From an uncultured Clostridiaceae bacterium (GTDB lineage Bacteria > Bacillota > Clostridia > Clostridiales > Clostridiaceae), in assembly GCA_963780135.1 (NCBI GenBank), contig CAWAAR010000003.1, positions 3,709,701 to 3,733,700 on the forward strand: a stretch of DNA of 24,000 bases, given 5' to 3'. Position 1 is the first letter of the stretch. Each line of letters begins with the position of its first letter. The notes beneath the pieces were generated by a model. It was not told where the DNA came from and did not search any database. It worked only from the letters and a program-made list of their open reading frames with translations. Shown in pieces: positions 13,738 through 22,395 of the stretch. A program made the translations under genes and the position numbers.

Positions 13738-14736
13738 TTAATCTTTATTTTTTTCTTCAGTATCATTTATATGCTTATTGTCTTCTTGATTCTTTTCTTC
13801 AACATCATTTATTTGCTTATTGCCCTCTTTATTCTTTTCTTCATTATCATTTATATGCTTAAAAACATCATCTTCTTTTTCAGAAGGTTTCTTTTTAAAT
13901 ACACTTAATATTTTCTTAAATAATCCACCTATACCTAGAATTACTACTATCCATATTTTTTTAAATATAATTAATATTTTCGCAAATAAACCAGCTTTTA
14001 CAGCAGCCGCTCCTGCACCTCCTGCTATCAATGCTGTTAAACCTAAATCAGAAACTTTATCACCTTTCATGTAATCAGTGTATTTCTTACCTTCTTTGTA
14101 AGAATATTTACTGATTATCTTTTCTAATTGAGGTTTAACTTTGTCCATTTCATCTTTTCCTGCAACTAAAGTAACTTCAGTCACTCCACCACGTCCAAGA
14201 ATTCTTACGTTATAATTTACTAATTTTCCTTTATCATCACTACATAAAGTTGACCAAACCAGGTTATGGGTTTTTTCGTCATAATGTGGTTTTTCATCCC
14301 ACCCAATTACATTTAAGGTAGGTTGTCCTTTTTCCTTTCTCTTCTTATTATCTTCTTCTGTTCCCTCTTTTATATCTTTTAATAATTTGTCAGCATCTAT
14401 TTTTTTCCCTTGGTTATCTTTAACATACCCTATGGAATCAAATTCAAATAAAATATACCAATTCTGATTTTCATCTTTTGAAAAAACTATTCCCTGTTCT
14501 ATTCCAGTAACAGTGTTGTCCATTTTTTTCATTAACTTTTTTGCATCTTCTCCATTAGCAAAAATATAATCCTCTGGTAAATCCAATTTTCCTAAGTTGC
14601 TTCCTACATCTACTGTTTTAGGACCTTCTATCCATTTTACATCCGTTGGCGAAGATTCTCCCGCTGCACATACAGAACCTATATTAAATATGATTGCAGT
14701 TAGAATTAGTAATAAACATGTTAATTTCTTTTTCAT
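13738..14736 (-). CDS. Membrane-anchored DUF2167-like protein with signal peptide and repetitive acidic/lysine C-terminal tail
   Basis: 332 aa. The N-terminal signal peptide is MKKKLTCLLLILTAIIFNIGSVCAAGE. The core matches my recollection of the DUF2167 pattern (W..GP...lg..a.l.lp....f....da..l......GYV.D......dad.LL......e.N..R...G...l...gW...P.YD.....l.W....NY....LGR.GV). Gly/Ala-rich TM segments lie near the C-terminus. Confidence 0.65.
   Translation of the reverse strand: MKKKLTCLLLILTAIIFNIGSVCAAGESSPTDVKWIEGPKTVDVGSNLGKLDLPEDYIFANGEDAKKLMKKMDNTVTGIEQGIVFSKDENQNWYILFEFDSIGYVKDNQGKKIDADKLLKDIKEGTEEDNKKRKEKGQPTLNVIGWDEKPHYDEKTHNLVWSTLCSDDKGKLVNYNVRILGRGGVTEVTLVAGKDEMDKVKPQLEKIISKYSYKEGKKYTDYMKGDKVSDLGLTALIAGGAGAAAVKAGLFAKILIIFKKIWIVVILGIGGLFKKILSVFKKKPSEKEDDVFKHINDNEEKNKEGNKQINDVEEKNQEDNKHINDTEEKNKD
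13741..13857 (-). repeat. 42-bp tandem repeat (about 2.8 units) encoding (H/Q)IND-x-EEKN-x-E-x-NK units at the C-terminus of the DUF2167-like protein
   Basis: The protein ends HINDNEEKNKEGNK QINDVEEKNQEDNK HINDTEEKNKD. The DNA period is visible directly (ttttcttca.yatcatttatwtgcttattg...). Confidence 0.8.
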
Positions 14737-15094
14737 AAGTTGTCTCCCCTTACTATTTTGATTTACGAAACCTTTTACACAATAAATACAAAATAAGACT
14801 TAACTTTACAATTTTTGAATTATTTATTGCTAGAAAATTATACCATGGATTTTTCACTAATGCAATATAAAATATTTAATCTTATTCAACTTTACATTAA
14901 AATAAATATATAACAATTTAAAAATGCCTTAAAGATTATTTCATGCTCAAATATGGTGCTTTTAATACTCATGTGCAGTGCATTAATAATAAACCTTCTA
15001 TGTTATTTGATTTTTTTATTATGGAATACAAATATGATAAATTTTTGATATACTTAAAATATGTATAAAATACTATTATTAAAGGAGAAAAACT

Positions 15095-15778
15095 TTGGAG
15101 AAAACAATAAGAGAAAAACTTTTTGAATTGTCAGATGAGGAGTATAAAAAATTTCACAGCAAATTGTGCCCTGGTACTTATAATATTATAGGAGTGAGAT
15201 TGCCTCTATTAAGAAAACTTGCTAAAGAAGTAGCTAAAGATAATTGGCGAAAATACATAAATGCAGCACAAAATGAATATTATGAAGAAATTATGCTTCA
15301 AGGTATAGTGCTTGGCTGTGCAAAAGCTGATGCTAACGAAAGGCTAAGTTACATTACAGATTTTATACCCAAAATTTATAATTGGGCTATTTGTGATAGT
15401 TTTTGTGCTGGGTTAAAATTTACAGAGACAAATAGATCAATGGTTTTAGAGTATCTTAAACCTTACTTATCTTCTGAAAAAGAATTTGAAATGCGTTTTG
15501 CTATTGTAATGCTTCTTGATTTTTATATAAAAGAAGACTATATAGACCAAGTATTGGTTCTATTAGATTCAGCAAAACATGAAGGCTATTATGTTAAAAT
15601 GGCTGTTGCTTGGGCTATTTCTCTTTGTTATATTAAATTCCCTGAAAAAACCATGGAATATCTAAAAAATAATACCTTAGATGATTTTACCTACAACAAA
15701 GCTTTGCAAAAAATCACAGAATCACTAAGAGTAGATAAGGAAACAAAAACTCTCATTAGGAGTATGAAGCGTAAATAA
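15095..15778 (+). CDS. DNA alkylation repair protein (AlkD-like HEAT-repeat family)
   Basis: 227 aa. The N-terminal pattern (L..L.D..Y..F..KL.PG....IGVR.P.LRKLAKE) and the W.ICD.FC region are typical of the PF08713-type family. TTG start 7 nt after AAAGGAG. Confidence 0.7.
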   Translation: MEKTIREKLFELSDEEYKKFHSKLCPGTYNIIGVRLPLLRKLAKEVAKDNWRKYINAAQNEYYEEIMLQGIVLGCAKADANERLSYITDFIPKIYNWAICDSFCAGLKFTETNRSMVLEYLKPYLSSEKEFEMRFAIVMLLDFYIKEDYIDQVLVLLDSAKHEGYYVKMAVAWAISLCYIKFPEKTMEYLKNNTLDDFTYNKALQKITESLRVDKETKTLIRSMKRK

Positions 15779-15855
15779 TAATACAAATATAGTATTTTAT
15801 TTAATTACAAAATAGATGTGTTTTACCCATATATTGTACAGTTGATTTTAAATTC

Positions 15856-15910
15856 AAATAACATAACAATCACTGTAAATTGCTTATCTACACTGCTTGT
15901 TATGTTATTT
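15856..15910. terminator. Bidirectional terminator-like hairpin between convergent genes
   Basis: A perfect 14-bp stem aaataacataacaa / ttgttatgttattt with a 27-nt loop and T-rich flanks on both strands. The stem is AT-rich and the loop is large, so its strength is uncertain. Confidence 0.45.
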
Positions 15911-15935
15911 TTCAAAATATTTAATAATGCAAAAC

Positions 15936-16436
15936 TTAGTTATCAAAAAATTCTTTGTGTGAAATATTTATATTATTATTAGCGCTTATTTTTAAATTAA
16001 AATTACCACCAGCATCTTTTCCAACAATTCTAACCAGATACTTTCCATTTTTAGGTGTAGTAAAATTTATATTTCCTTTATCTTCTGTTTCACTTTTTTT
16101 AGATACAATGTTATAGTCTGAATCTAAAACTACCACATAAAATTTACCTTTATTAATTTTTGTATTGTCATTTATAGTTACTTTATTGCCTTTGTCTGAA
16201 TTGAACTCCATTAAAGACCACTTACCTGTAAATTTACCAAAATCAAAACTTTGACCATCTTTAGTAATTTTTTCATTTTCATGACAATCAATACTTTTTT
16301 CATCTTCATTTCTACTTGATAAATAGCTATCTGAGATAATATAAGAAGAACTATTTTTATACATCTTTATTCCTATTACAGACCCTATTAATATAGCTAT
16401 CAAGCAAAAAATAACTATCTTGTTTCTTTTTTTCAT
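15936..16436 (-). CDS. Hypothetical N-terminally membrane-anchored protein, beta-rich extracytoplasmic domain
   Basis: 166 aa. It has one N-terminal hydrophobic helix (IVIFCLIAILIGSVIGI), and I recognise no motif in the rest. It lies downstream of, and on the same strand as, the histidine kinase. The RBS is weak. Confidence 0.5.
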   Translation of the reverse strand: MKKRNKIVIFCLIAILIGSVIGIKMYKNSSSYIISDSYLSSRNEDEKSIDCHENEKITKDGQSFDFGKFTGKWSLMEFNSDKGNKVTINDNTKINKGKFYVVVLDSDYNIVSKKSETEDKGNINFTTPKNGKYLVRIVGKDAGGNFNLKISANNNINISHKEFFDN

Positions 16437-16564
16437 TGTATTATCACACCATTTCTACGTATTATTAGCTTATAAGTAAATGATATACTTCTTAAAATAT
16501 AAAATCAAGTAACTTTTTGTATTTTCAATTACTTAATCTATATATCCATAGCTTATAATTTTTT

Positions 16565-17986
16565 TCATACTGTTTCTATTTCCACTATCACCTTGGCTCC
16601 ACCTTTTTCATTATTTTTAACTTCAATACTTCCATTAAATTTATCTACTAAAGTTTTAACTATGTAAAGACCAAGTCCTGAGTGACCTTTTTCCTTTGAT
16701 CTTGATTCATCACCTTGATAAAATTTCTTAAAAATACTCCGAGTATCCTTGCTTGAAAATCCGCAACCTGTATCTGAAATGGAAAAAATCATTTTTTCTT
16801 CAGTTAAAGTTAAATTTAAATCTATACTTCCTCCTTCTGGAGTAAATCTTATACTATTAGAAATTAAATTATCTAGTATTTGAGAAAGTACATAACAATC
16901 CATATTTATTAGACTACTGCTTCTTTCGTCCCGAATTATACACTGAAAATTTATTTTTTTATTTTCTGTGAGTATATTATAATCAAAAGTTTTATCATTT
17001 ATAAATTCAATTATATTGCACTTTTTAAATTTAAGAGTAAAATCTGATTTTTCAATTTTAGTCAAAATATTCATTTTTTCTATTAGTTTAGTCATTCTAT
17101 CTGCATTCTTATTAATTAAACCTAAATATCTGTAAACTTTATCTTCTTCCAATCTTTTACTATCTATAAGACCTTCAACATGACCTTTAATTATAGTAAT
17201 TGGTGTTTTTAAATCATGAGCAATTGCAGATACCATTTCTTTTCTTTCTTGTTCCATTTGCCACTGCTGATTTAAAGATTTTTTAAGCTCAGATCTCATT
17301 TCCTCAAAGGATTTACAAAGCTTTCCTAATTCATCTTTACTATTGTAATTTATAGTAAAATCTAAATCTTTATTTTTTATTTTTTCAGCACCATCCATAA
17401 GCTGCTTTAAGGGTATTTTTAATTTTTTATTAAGTCTAGATGCAAAAATAGCAGTAAAAATTATAATATATATAAATGGAGATAAAATCATTATATTTTC
17501 TGAATACTTAACTATCCAATTATATTTAGGGTTAGAAGCACTACTTCTTAAATAATACTTAAAAATAACCATTCCTTGTACTTTACTTTTATATATAATA
17601 GGTACATATTTTATCATCTTTGGCGAGCTGCTTTTATCAATTTCAGCTTCTTTTCTTAATTTAACTGGATTAGGTACAATGTTTTCTTTAAAATATCCAT
17701 ATAATAATTCTCCTTTTGAATCTACTACTTCATATTCTATTCCTTGAAGAGATATTTTACTTTCCAAATTCTTTTTGAAATCCTTATTTAAAACTTTTTC
17801 TTTGTTTTCATTTATATATTTTTCAGCCTCTGGAACAAGGGCTTCATAATAGTTTGATTGTAATATTATACCTTTTTCTGTTAGCTTTAAATCTATGTAA
17901 ATTCCTACAAAAGTAAATACTATGCTCAAAATTAATACTGACAATATAGAAATAATAAATTGTTTTTTCAAAGTAATATTTTTCAT
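16565..17986 (-). CDS. Membrane sensor histidine kinase (2 TM, about 130-aa extracytoplasmic loop, HAMP, HisKA, HATPase_c)
   Basis: 473 aa. It has an H-box (SAIAHDLKTPITII), an N-box (NLISNSIRFT), and G boxes (DTGCGF, GHSGLGLYIVK). Confidence 0.9.
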   Translation of the reverse strand: MKNITLKKQFIISILSVLILSIVFTFVGIYIDLKLTEKGIILQSNYYEALVPEAEKYINENKEKVLNKDFKKNLESKISLQGIEYEVVDSKGELLYGYFKENIVPNPVKLRKEAEIDKSSSPKMIKYVPIIYKSKVQGMVIFKYYLRSSASNPKYNWIVKYSENIMILSPFIYIIIFTAIFASRLNKKLKIPLKQLMDGAEKIKNKDLDFTINYNSKDELGKLCKSFEEMRSELKKSLNQQWQMEQERKEMVSAIAHDLKTPITIIKGHVEGLIDSKRLEEDKVYRYLGLINKNADRMTKLIEKMNILTKIEKSDFTLKFKKCNIIEFINDKTFDYNILTENKKINFQCIIRDERSSSLINMDCYVLSQILDNLISNSIRFTPEGGSIDLNLTLTEEKMIFSISDTGCGFSSKDTRSIFKKFYQGDESRSKEKGHSGLGLYIVKTLVDKFNGSIEVKNNEKGGAKVIVEIETV

Positions 17987-18058
17987 TTACATCCTACCTT
18001 TTTATTTTTATATACAAAACAAGCAAATTATATTACAATCTGCTTGTCTCATAAACAT

Positions 18059-19384
18059 CTAGTTTGGTTCAGAACTATTTGTCTTATCTACATATATTAA
18101 TCCATCATAACATTGATCCAAAATATCAATTTTATAACTTCTATTATCTCCAAGAAAATCAGCACCAAAATCACGACAGCTCTGAGGACTAGATATAAAA
18201 TCCTTAACATATTTATTTTCCCCTGCTGTTTTAAAATCTATAAAAAATAAAGGATTAACTTTAGATAAAACATATGGAACTGATCCTTCTTTTGCTTCGG
18301 GCAAAGTGCATTTCTTAGGAATGCTTGTTTCTTTCTCTTTATTTATGCTTTTATCCACTGCTGTAACAGTACCCTCACTAAACTGAAATCCAATAATATA
18401 TAATTTGTCCTTATACATATCATATAGATTTGAACCCATTCTTTTTACATTATAATCAGGATGGTCTCTATTTTCTAGTTCTTTGCTAACATGTGTATTG
18501 TGCGCCCAAAGCATAATCTTTGCATCCTTACCCTCAAAATCTAATATCCATTTAACATTTTCAGCCATATATTTATCTCTTTTCGTTTCCATTTGAAAGT
18601 TACTTTGCTTTCCACTTAACATATCATAAGCTTGATATATAATGTTTAAATTTTGTTTATACATCTCATATTCTTCTTTAGAAGACTTACTTATATATTC
18701 ATCTTTATTCTTTTCAAATATAGTGATTATTTCTTTAATTTTATCTCCTTTAAGCTGTGTATTATTATCTTGAAACACGTTTGGATTCCTAAACTTTGCA
18801 AGTACATTATCTATTTGACTCTCATAAGTTCCATCCACCTTTTTTAGATATTCTGTAACCTTTGATGCTGCTGTAACAGATGACTGCATATCAAATCCAT
18901 AAAACTTAACTTTTTTAGTATGATTTTTATTATATTCTCTCATCCATTCTACCATATCAACTACTTCCTTTGTATCCCATGTCCAAAATCCCATTCCTTT
19001 AATAACCTGCTTTACATCCCCCTTTCCATATAAAATGTAATCATTAATAGCCATGCAGTCACTCATACATGCTTCTATTCCAAAAACATTATAGCCCTCC
19101 TCTTCTACTAAAAATTCAAACATTCTATGTTTCATTTCAAAAAATTCCTTTGTTCCGTGAGTAGCTTCCCCCATTGCTACAATCTTCTTATCTTTTAATA
19201 TTTTTTTTAAAGGCATTAAATCTTTAAAATCATTTCCTGCCTTTACTGTGTTTATGTATACTGCTTTACCTTTCAAAGCTTGGACATCCTTGTTATCTTT
19301 GTATTTTCTATACTGATTATTCATTGTAAAAACTCCTAAAATCAAAACCAAAGCACAAACTAATATAGTTACTATTTTCTTCAT
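18059..19384 (-). CDS. Erythromycin-esterase-family (Ere/ChaN/TIKI superfamily) protein with N-terminal membrane anchor or signal peptide
   Basis: 441 aa. It has the family signature MGEATHGTKEFFEMKHRMFEFLVEEEGYNVFGIEA and the downstream W.W.T.E...V.WMR.YN....KV.FYGFD pattern. The N-terminal hydrophobic segment is IVTILVCALVLILGVF. RBS GAGGGAG. Confidence 0.75.
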   Translation of the reverse strand: MKKIVTILVCALVLILGVFTMNNQYRKYKDNKDVQALKGKAVYINTVKAGNDFKDLMPLKKILKDKKIVAMGEATHGTKEFFEMKHRMFEFLVEEEGYNVFGIEACMSDCMAINDYILYGKGDVKQVIKGMGFWTWDTKEVVDMVEWMREYNKNHTKKVKFYGFDMQSSVTAASKVTEYLKKVDGTYESQIDNVLAKFRNPNVFQDNNTQLKGDKIKEIITIFEKNKDEYISKSSKEEYEMYKQNLNIIYQAYDMLSGKQSNFQMETKRDKYMAENVKWILDFEGKDAKIMLWAHNTHVSKELENRDHPDYNVKRMGSNLYDMYKDKLYIIGFQFSEGTVTAVDKSINKEKETSIPKKCTLPEAKEGSVPYVLSKVNPLFFIDFKTAGENKYVKDFISSPQSCRDFGADFLGDNRSYKIDILDQCYDGLIYVDKTNSSEPN

Positions 19385-19456
19385 TTAAAGCACTCCCTCA
19401 TATAAATTAATAATTCAAATTTGTTAATTTCAAAATTAATCACAAAATAAGCATAA

Positions 19457-19742
19457 TGCGAAGCATTTTTTTTGAGAGGACAGAGGACAGTGAAGGAGGA
19501 TTTTTCTCCGCTACACTACGAAAAATCTTTAATTTAAAAGAAACTCCTGCTCTTTTGTTTCTCAGGGCTACTCTCTGAGTAAGCGATTATATGAAAATCA
19601 TAGATTTTAGATGCCTTCTTAAGCTATGTTTTGCATTAGCAAAACAAGCCTAAAAAATAAATTAGTTTTCCGACGTAAGGAAGAAAACTTACCTTCACTG
19701 TCCTCTGTCCTATGTCAATTGTCCTCTAAAAAATGCTTCGCA
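19457..19742. repeat. 286-bp non-coding element bounded by roughly 40-50 bp imperfect terminal inverted repeats (MITE-like)
   Basis: The left arm is tgcgaagcattttttttgagaggacagaggacagtgaagg. The reverse complement of the right arm is tgcgaagcattttttagaggacaattgacataggacagaggacagtgaagg. They are identical apart from a slightly different T-run/gag junction and a 14-nt insertion that duplicates the aggaca motif. The interior has its own hairpins (ctcag...ctgag at 19561-19579; tgttttgc...gcaaaaca at 19627-19646) and no credible ORF. A related solo arm is at 12063..12111. Confidence 0.7.
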
Positions 19743-19760
19743 ATTTTTTTAAATTCACTA

Positions 19761-20534
19761 TCAATAAGGATAATCTTTTTTCATCCACACACCCATACTT
19801 ATAGCAAGTCCAGCTATTATTCCTAATACAATGGTAATGTGATTACTTAATGGTGCCATGTGTCCTAAAGTATAAAAACAATATTTAGCAGTTCTCCATA
19901 AAAAGTCGAATGCTTTCATAAAGTAGACTAAAATTACAATAGATCCAATTACAGAAAAGATTGAAATTATAGGATTAGGTATTATAACCGAAATAACAGA
20001 TGCTATAGAAAGAATAAATAATGCTACTAAAAACTGTACCATGTAAAACCTTATAATATATAATAAAGCTCCTAAAGAATTAAAGCTTTGCTGTATATTA
20101 TAAAATTTAACAGTTGACACCTTGGGCATAAACAAATATCCAAAAACAGTACTAACTACAAATGTTGTAAATAGTAATATAAGTGTAGTTAAAGCTAAGC
20201 TTATCCATTTTGATATTATAAATTCATACTTTTTATAAGGTCTTGTCATATACATTCTAAAAGCCCCTATGGTTTGTTCATAACTTATTGAATCGATAAA
20301 TATAACAGGTAACACTATGTATAGCAACATTAAATCTACTTCCTGACACACAAAAGGTGAAAAATTTAATGAATTTAGCTTTACGCTATAATCCACTGCA
20401 TTATAAGATCCTGCTGGGCTCATTAATCTAAATACACAATTTATTATTGTAGATATTATAGTTAATGCTAGTAATACACTTGTTTTTTTGTTAAGCCATA
20501 TTCTTTGTAATTCAGATATTATCAGTTTTTTCAT
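19761..20534 (-). CDS. ABC-2-type transporter permease (lantibiotic-immunity / peptide-export class)
   Basis: About 257 aa with six hydrophobic segments and an N-terminal MKKLIISELQRIW motif paralogous to that of the upstream permease. The start is set at the ATG at 20534, behind AAGGGAGGAA. The track's 28-aa extension would overlap the upstream gene. Confidence 0.75.
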   Translation of the reverse strand: MKKLIISELQRIWLNKKTSVLLALTIISTIINCVFRLMSPAGSYNAVDYSVKLNSLNFSPFVCQEVDLMLLYIVLPVIFIDSISYEQTIGAFRMYMTRPYKKYEFIISKWISLALTTLILLFTTFVVSTVFGYLFMPKVSTVKFYNIQQSFNSLGALLYIIRFYMVQFLVALFILSIASVISVIIPNPIISIFSVIGSIVILVYFMKAFDFLWRTAKYCFYTLGHMAPLSNHITIVLGIIAGLAISMGVWMKKDYPY

Positions 20535-20547
20535 GTTAATTCCTCCC

Positions 20548-21360
20548 TTATATATAACAGTCTTGATCATTAAGTAAAGTAAATGCAATTGAAAAAAATA
20601 CTCCAATATATAAAGCAATTATAAATATTATTAATCCTACATCTTGTGGATTTTGTGCAAGCACGCTTAATATACCATGATCTTCAATTGATACTAAAGA
20701 TGGATAATCTATTATTGGACTCATTTTATTTAAGAATAATTCACATATTGTTGGATAAAGTACTGATGTCACTATAAAAGTTAAACTTCCTGCAACTGCA
20801 CCTGTAGTAGTCTTACAATTTATACATATAAACATGATAACTGATGCCACAGCAGTTAATGTTATAAATGCAATAATATAATACTTAAGGTTATATAAAA
20901 TACCTTCACTTACTGTAAAAGAATATCTGTAACTTATAAAATTAGATGTTTTATGTGGGAAATACAAACATCCTAAAACAGTACTTATAACAAAATGAGT
21001 ACTTAAAAATATGAATACGGTACTTAAAATTACCAAAAACTTTGCTTTCATTATGTCTCCAAAGGATACTGCCCTTATCATAATCATTCTTAATTGTCCA
21101 CTTCTATATTCACTAGTTAAGGACATGATTATTAGAAGTATAACCACAATATTAAAAAACATCAAAAGATTTATCCTAAGTACTGCACTTGGGAATTTTA
21201 AAAATGTAATATATTCAGCATTACCAGATGTAAATTTAAGATTTGATTTAAGATAATATTTAACAAACATAAATACTATAATTGGTATTAAACCAAAACA
21301 AGACCAGGTAGACTTTCTATTCCACATTCTCTGCCATTCACTTAAAAATAGTTGTTTCAT
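20548..21360 (-). CDS. ABC-2-type transporter permease (paralogue of the downstream permease)
   Basis: 270 aa, polytopic, with an N-terminal MKQLFLSEWQRMW motif. RBS AAGGGAGGAA. The gap to the ATPase gene is 25 nt. Confidence 0.75.
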   Translation of the reverse strand: MKQLFLSEWQRMWNRKSTWSCFGLIPIIVFMFVKYYLKSNLKFTSGNAEYITFLKFPSAVLRINLLMFFNIVVILLIIMSLTSEYRSGQLRMIMIRAVSFGDIMKAKFLVILSTVFIFLSTHFVISTVLGCLYFPHKTSNFISYRYSFTVSEGILYNLKYYIIAFITLTAVASVIMFICINCKTTTGAVAGSLTFIVTSVLYPTICELFLNKMSPIIDYPSLVSIEDHGILSVLAQNPQDVGLIIFIIALYIGVFFSIAFTLLNDQDCYI

Positions 21361-21385
21361 TTATTATTCCTCCCTTTAATTGTCA

Positions 21386-22123
21386 CTAATCTTCAAATAA
21401 CCTGATAAATGCATCCTCTAACCTTCCGCTTTCCCCTGAGCTTTTTAACAATTCTTCCTTGCTCCCCTGCCATATAACCTGTCCCTTATTTATTGCAATA
21501 AACCTATTACACATCTGCTGAAGTTCATCTAAAAGATGACTTGATATAAAAAACGTTATTTTTTTTTCTTCTCTAAGTTTTAAAATAAGTTGTCTTAAAT
21601 CCCTCATTCCCATAGGATCAAGTCCATTAGCTGGCTCATCTAAGATAACTATTTCAGGATTATTTAAAAGTGCTTGAGCAATACCTAATCTTTGTTTCAT
21701 CCCTAGAGAATAAGTTTTAACTTTGTCATCTCCTCTATCTTCTAGATCAACTATTTTTAGTACCTCTTCAACTTTTTCTCTTTGCTCTTCCTTTACCATG
21801 TTAGGATTTAGCATTGCTAAGTTTCTTAAATTTTGTCTACCTGTCATATAGGGGAAAAATATTGGTTCTTCAACAATTGCTCCAAGCTTAATAAGTGCAG
21901 CCTTTCTATCTTCATTAACATTTACTCCTGTTATATTTACTTCACCTTCTGTAGGTGAAATTAAATTTGTTAAAACCCTTATTAATGTGGTTTTTCCTGC
22001 ACCATTAGGTCCTATAAAGCCGCATATATCTCCTTCATAAACATCAAAAGAAATATCTTCTAATATAGTTCTCTTTCCTATTTTTTTAGTAATATTTTTA
22101 ACTTCAATTTTTTTGTTTAACAT
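21386..22123 (-). CDS. ABC transporter ATP-binding protein
   Basis: 245 aa. It has Walker A (GPNGAGKTT), the ABC signature (YSLGMKQRL), Walker B (IVILDEP) and an H-loop (SSH). RBS TTAGGAGG. Confidence 0.9.
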   Translation of the reverse strand: MLNKKIEVKNITKKIGKRTILEDISFDVYEGDICGFIGPNGAGKTTLIRVLTNLISPTEGEVNITGVNVNEDRKAALIKLGAIVEEPIFFPYMTGRQNLRNLAMLNPNMVKEEQREKVEEVLKIVDLEDRGDDKVKTYSLGMKQRLGIAQALLNNPEIVILDEPANGLDPMGMRDLRQLILKLREEKKITFFISSHLLDELQQMCNRFIAINKGQVIWQGSKEELLKSSGESGRLEDAFIRLFED

Positions 22124-22248
22124 CTTAAATGCCTCCTAAATTTTTAATCATTGTTGGAACTTTATGTTTTTCATTACTCTTTATTAATGGAAATCTTTAC
22201 TGCTCCTTAATTTTAATAGGTATTTTTAAAGTTTTTATAAACTTTTCA

Positions 22249-22286
22249 AAAAATAAAAAGCTTGCATCTTTAAATTAAAAGATACA
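22249..22286 (-). terminator. Possible terminator after the response-regulator gene
   Basis: On the minus strand, an 8-bp stem (including one G-U pair) gtatcttt/aaagatgc is followed by aagcTTTTTATTTTTT. The stem is weak. Confidence 0.35.
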
Positions 22287-22395
22287 AACTTAACCATTTA
22301 ACATTCATATTCTAAATTTTTGCAACAACTTCTGCTGACTTGTTTACACTTTTTACTTTGTTACTGTTTTTACACATATATAACAATTTAAGTGG

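Noticed and set aside
13741-13857. Tandem 42-bp repeats considered as a CRISPR-like or non-coding satellite array.
   Set aside because: The repeats are contiguous with no spacers, lie in frame inside a long ORF and translate to a coherent repeated peptide. I therefore annotated them as a coding tandem repeat.
18059-19384. Calling the Ere-family gene a macrolide (erythromycin) resistance determinant.
   Set aside because: Family membership alone does not imply macrolide esterase activity. The predicted membrane anchor and the peptide-transporter context argue against the classical cytoplasmic EreA/B role.
204-21256. Eighteen short ORFs in the supplied track lie antisense to or between the large genes: 204..440, 786..1049, 1134..1553, 2252..2527, 3466..3741, 3748..4005, 5121..5372, 6130..6330, 7658..7933, 7997..8479, 10265..10504, 11444..11698, 12305..12499, 13678..13908, 13820..14074, 18653..18847, 19626..19826, 21011..21256.
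   Set aside because: Seventeen overlap the opposite strand of a gene with clear domain motifs; 19626..19826 lies mostly inside the IR element and overlaps a permease gene only at its 3' end. All have low-complexity F/L/I/S-rich translations typical of antisense frames in AT-rich DNA. None has a convincing RBS.
22343-22375. Periodic (G/T)TTAC / GTAAA words every 8-9 bp (22343, 22352, 22360, 22369), considered as a response-regulator binding array for the ABC operon.
   Set aside because: They lie between the regulator stop codon and a possible terminator, about 100 bp upstream of any plausible ABC promoter. The spacing is not the 10-11 bp expected for OmpR-type direct repeats. The word is short and AT-rich, so chance occurrence is likely.
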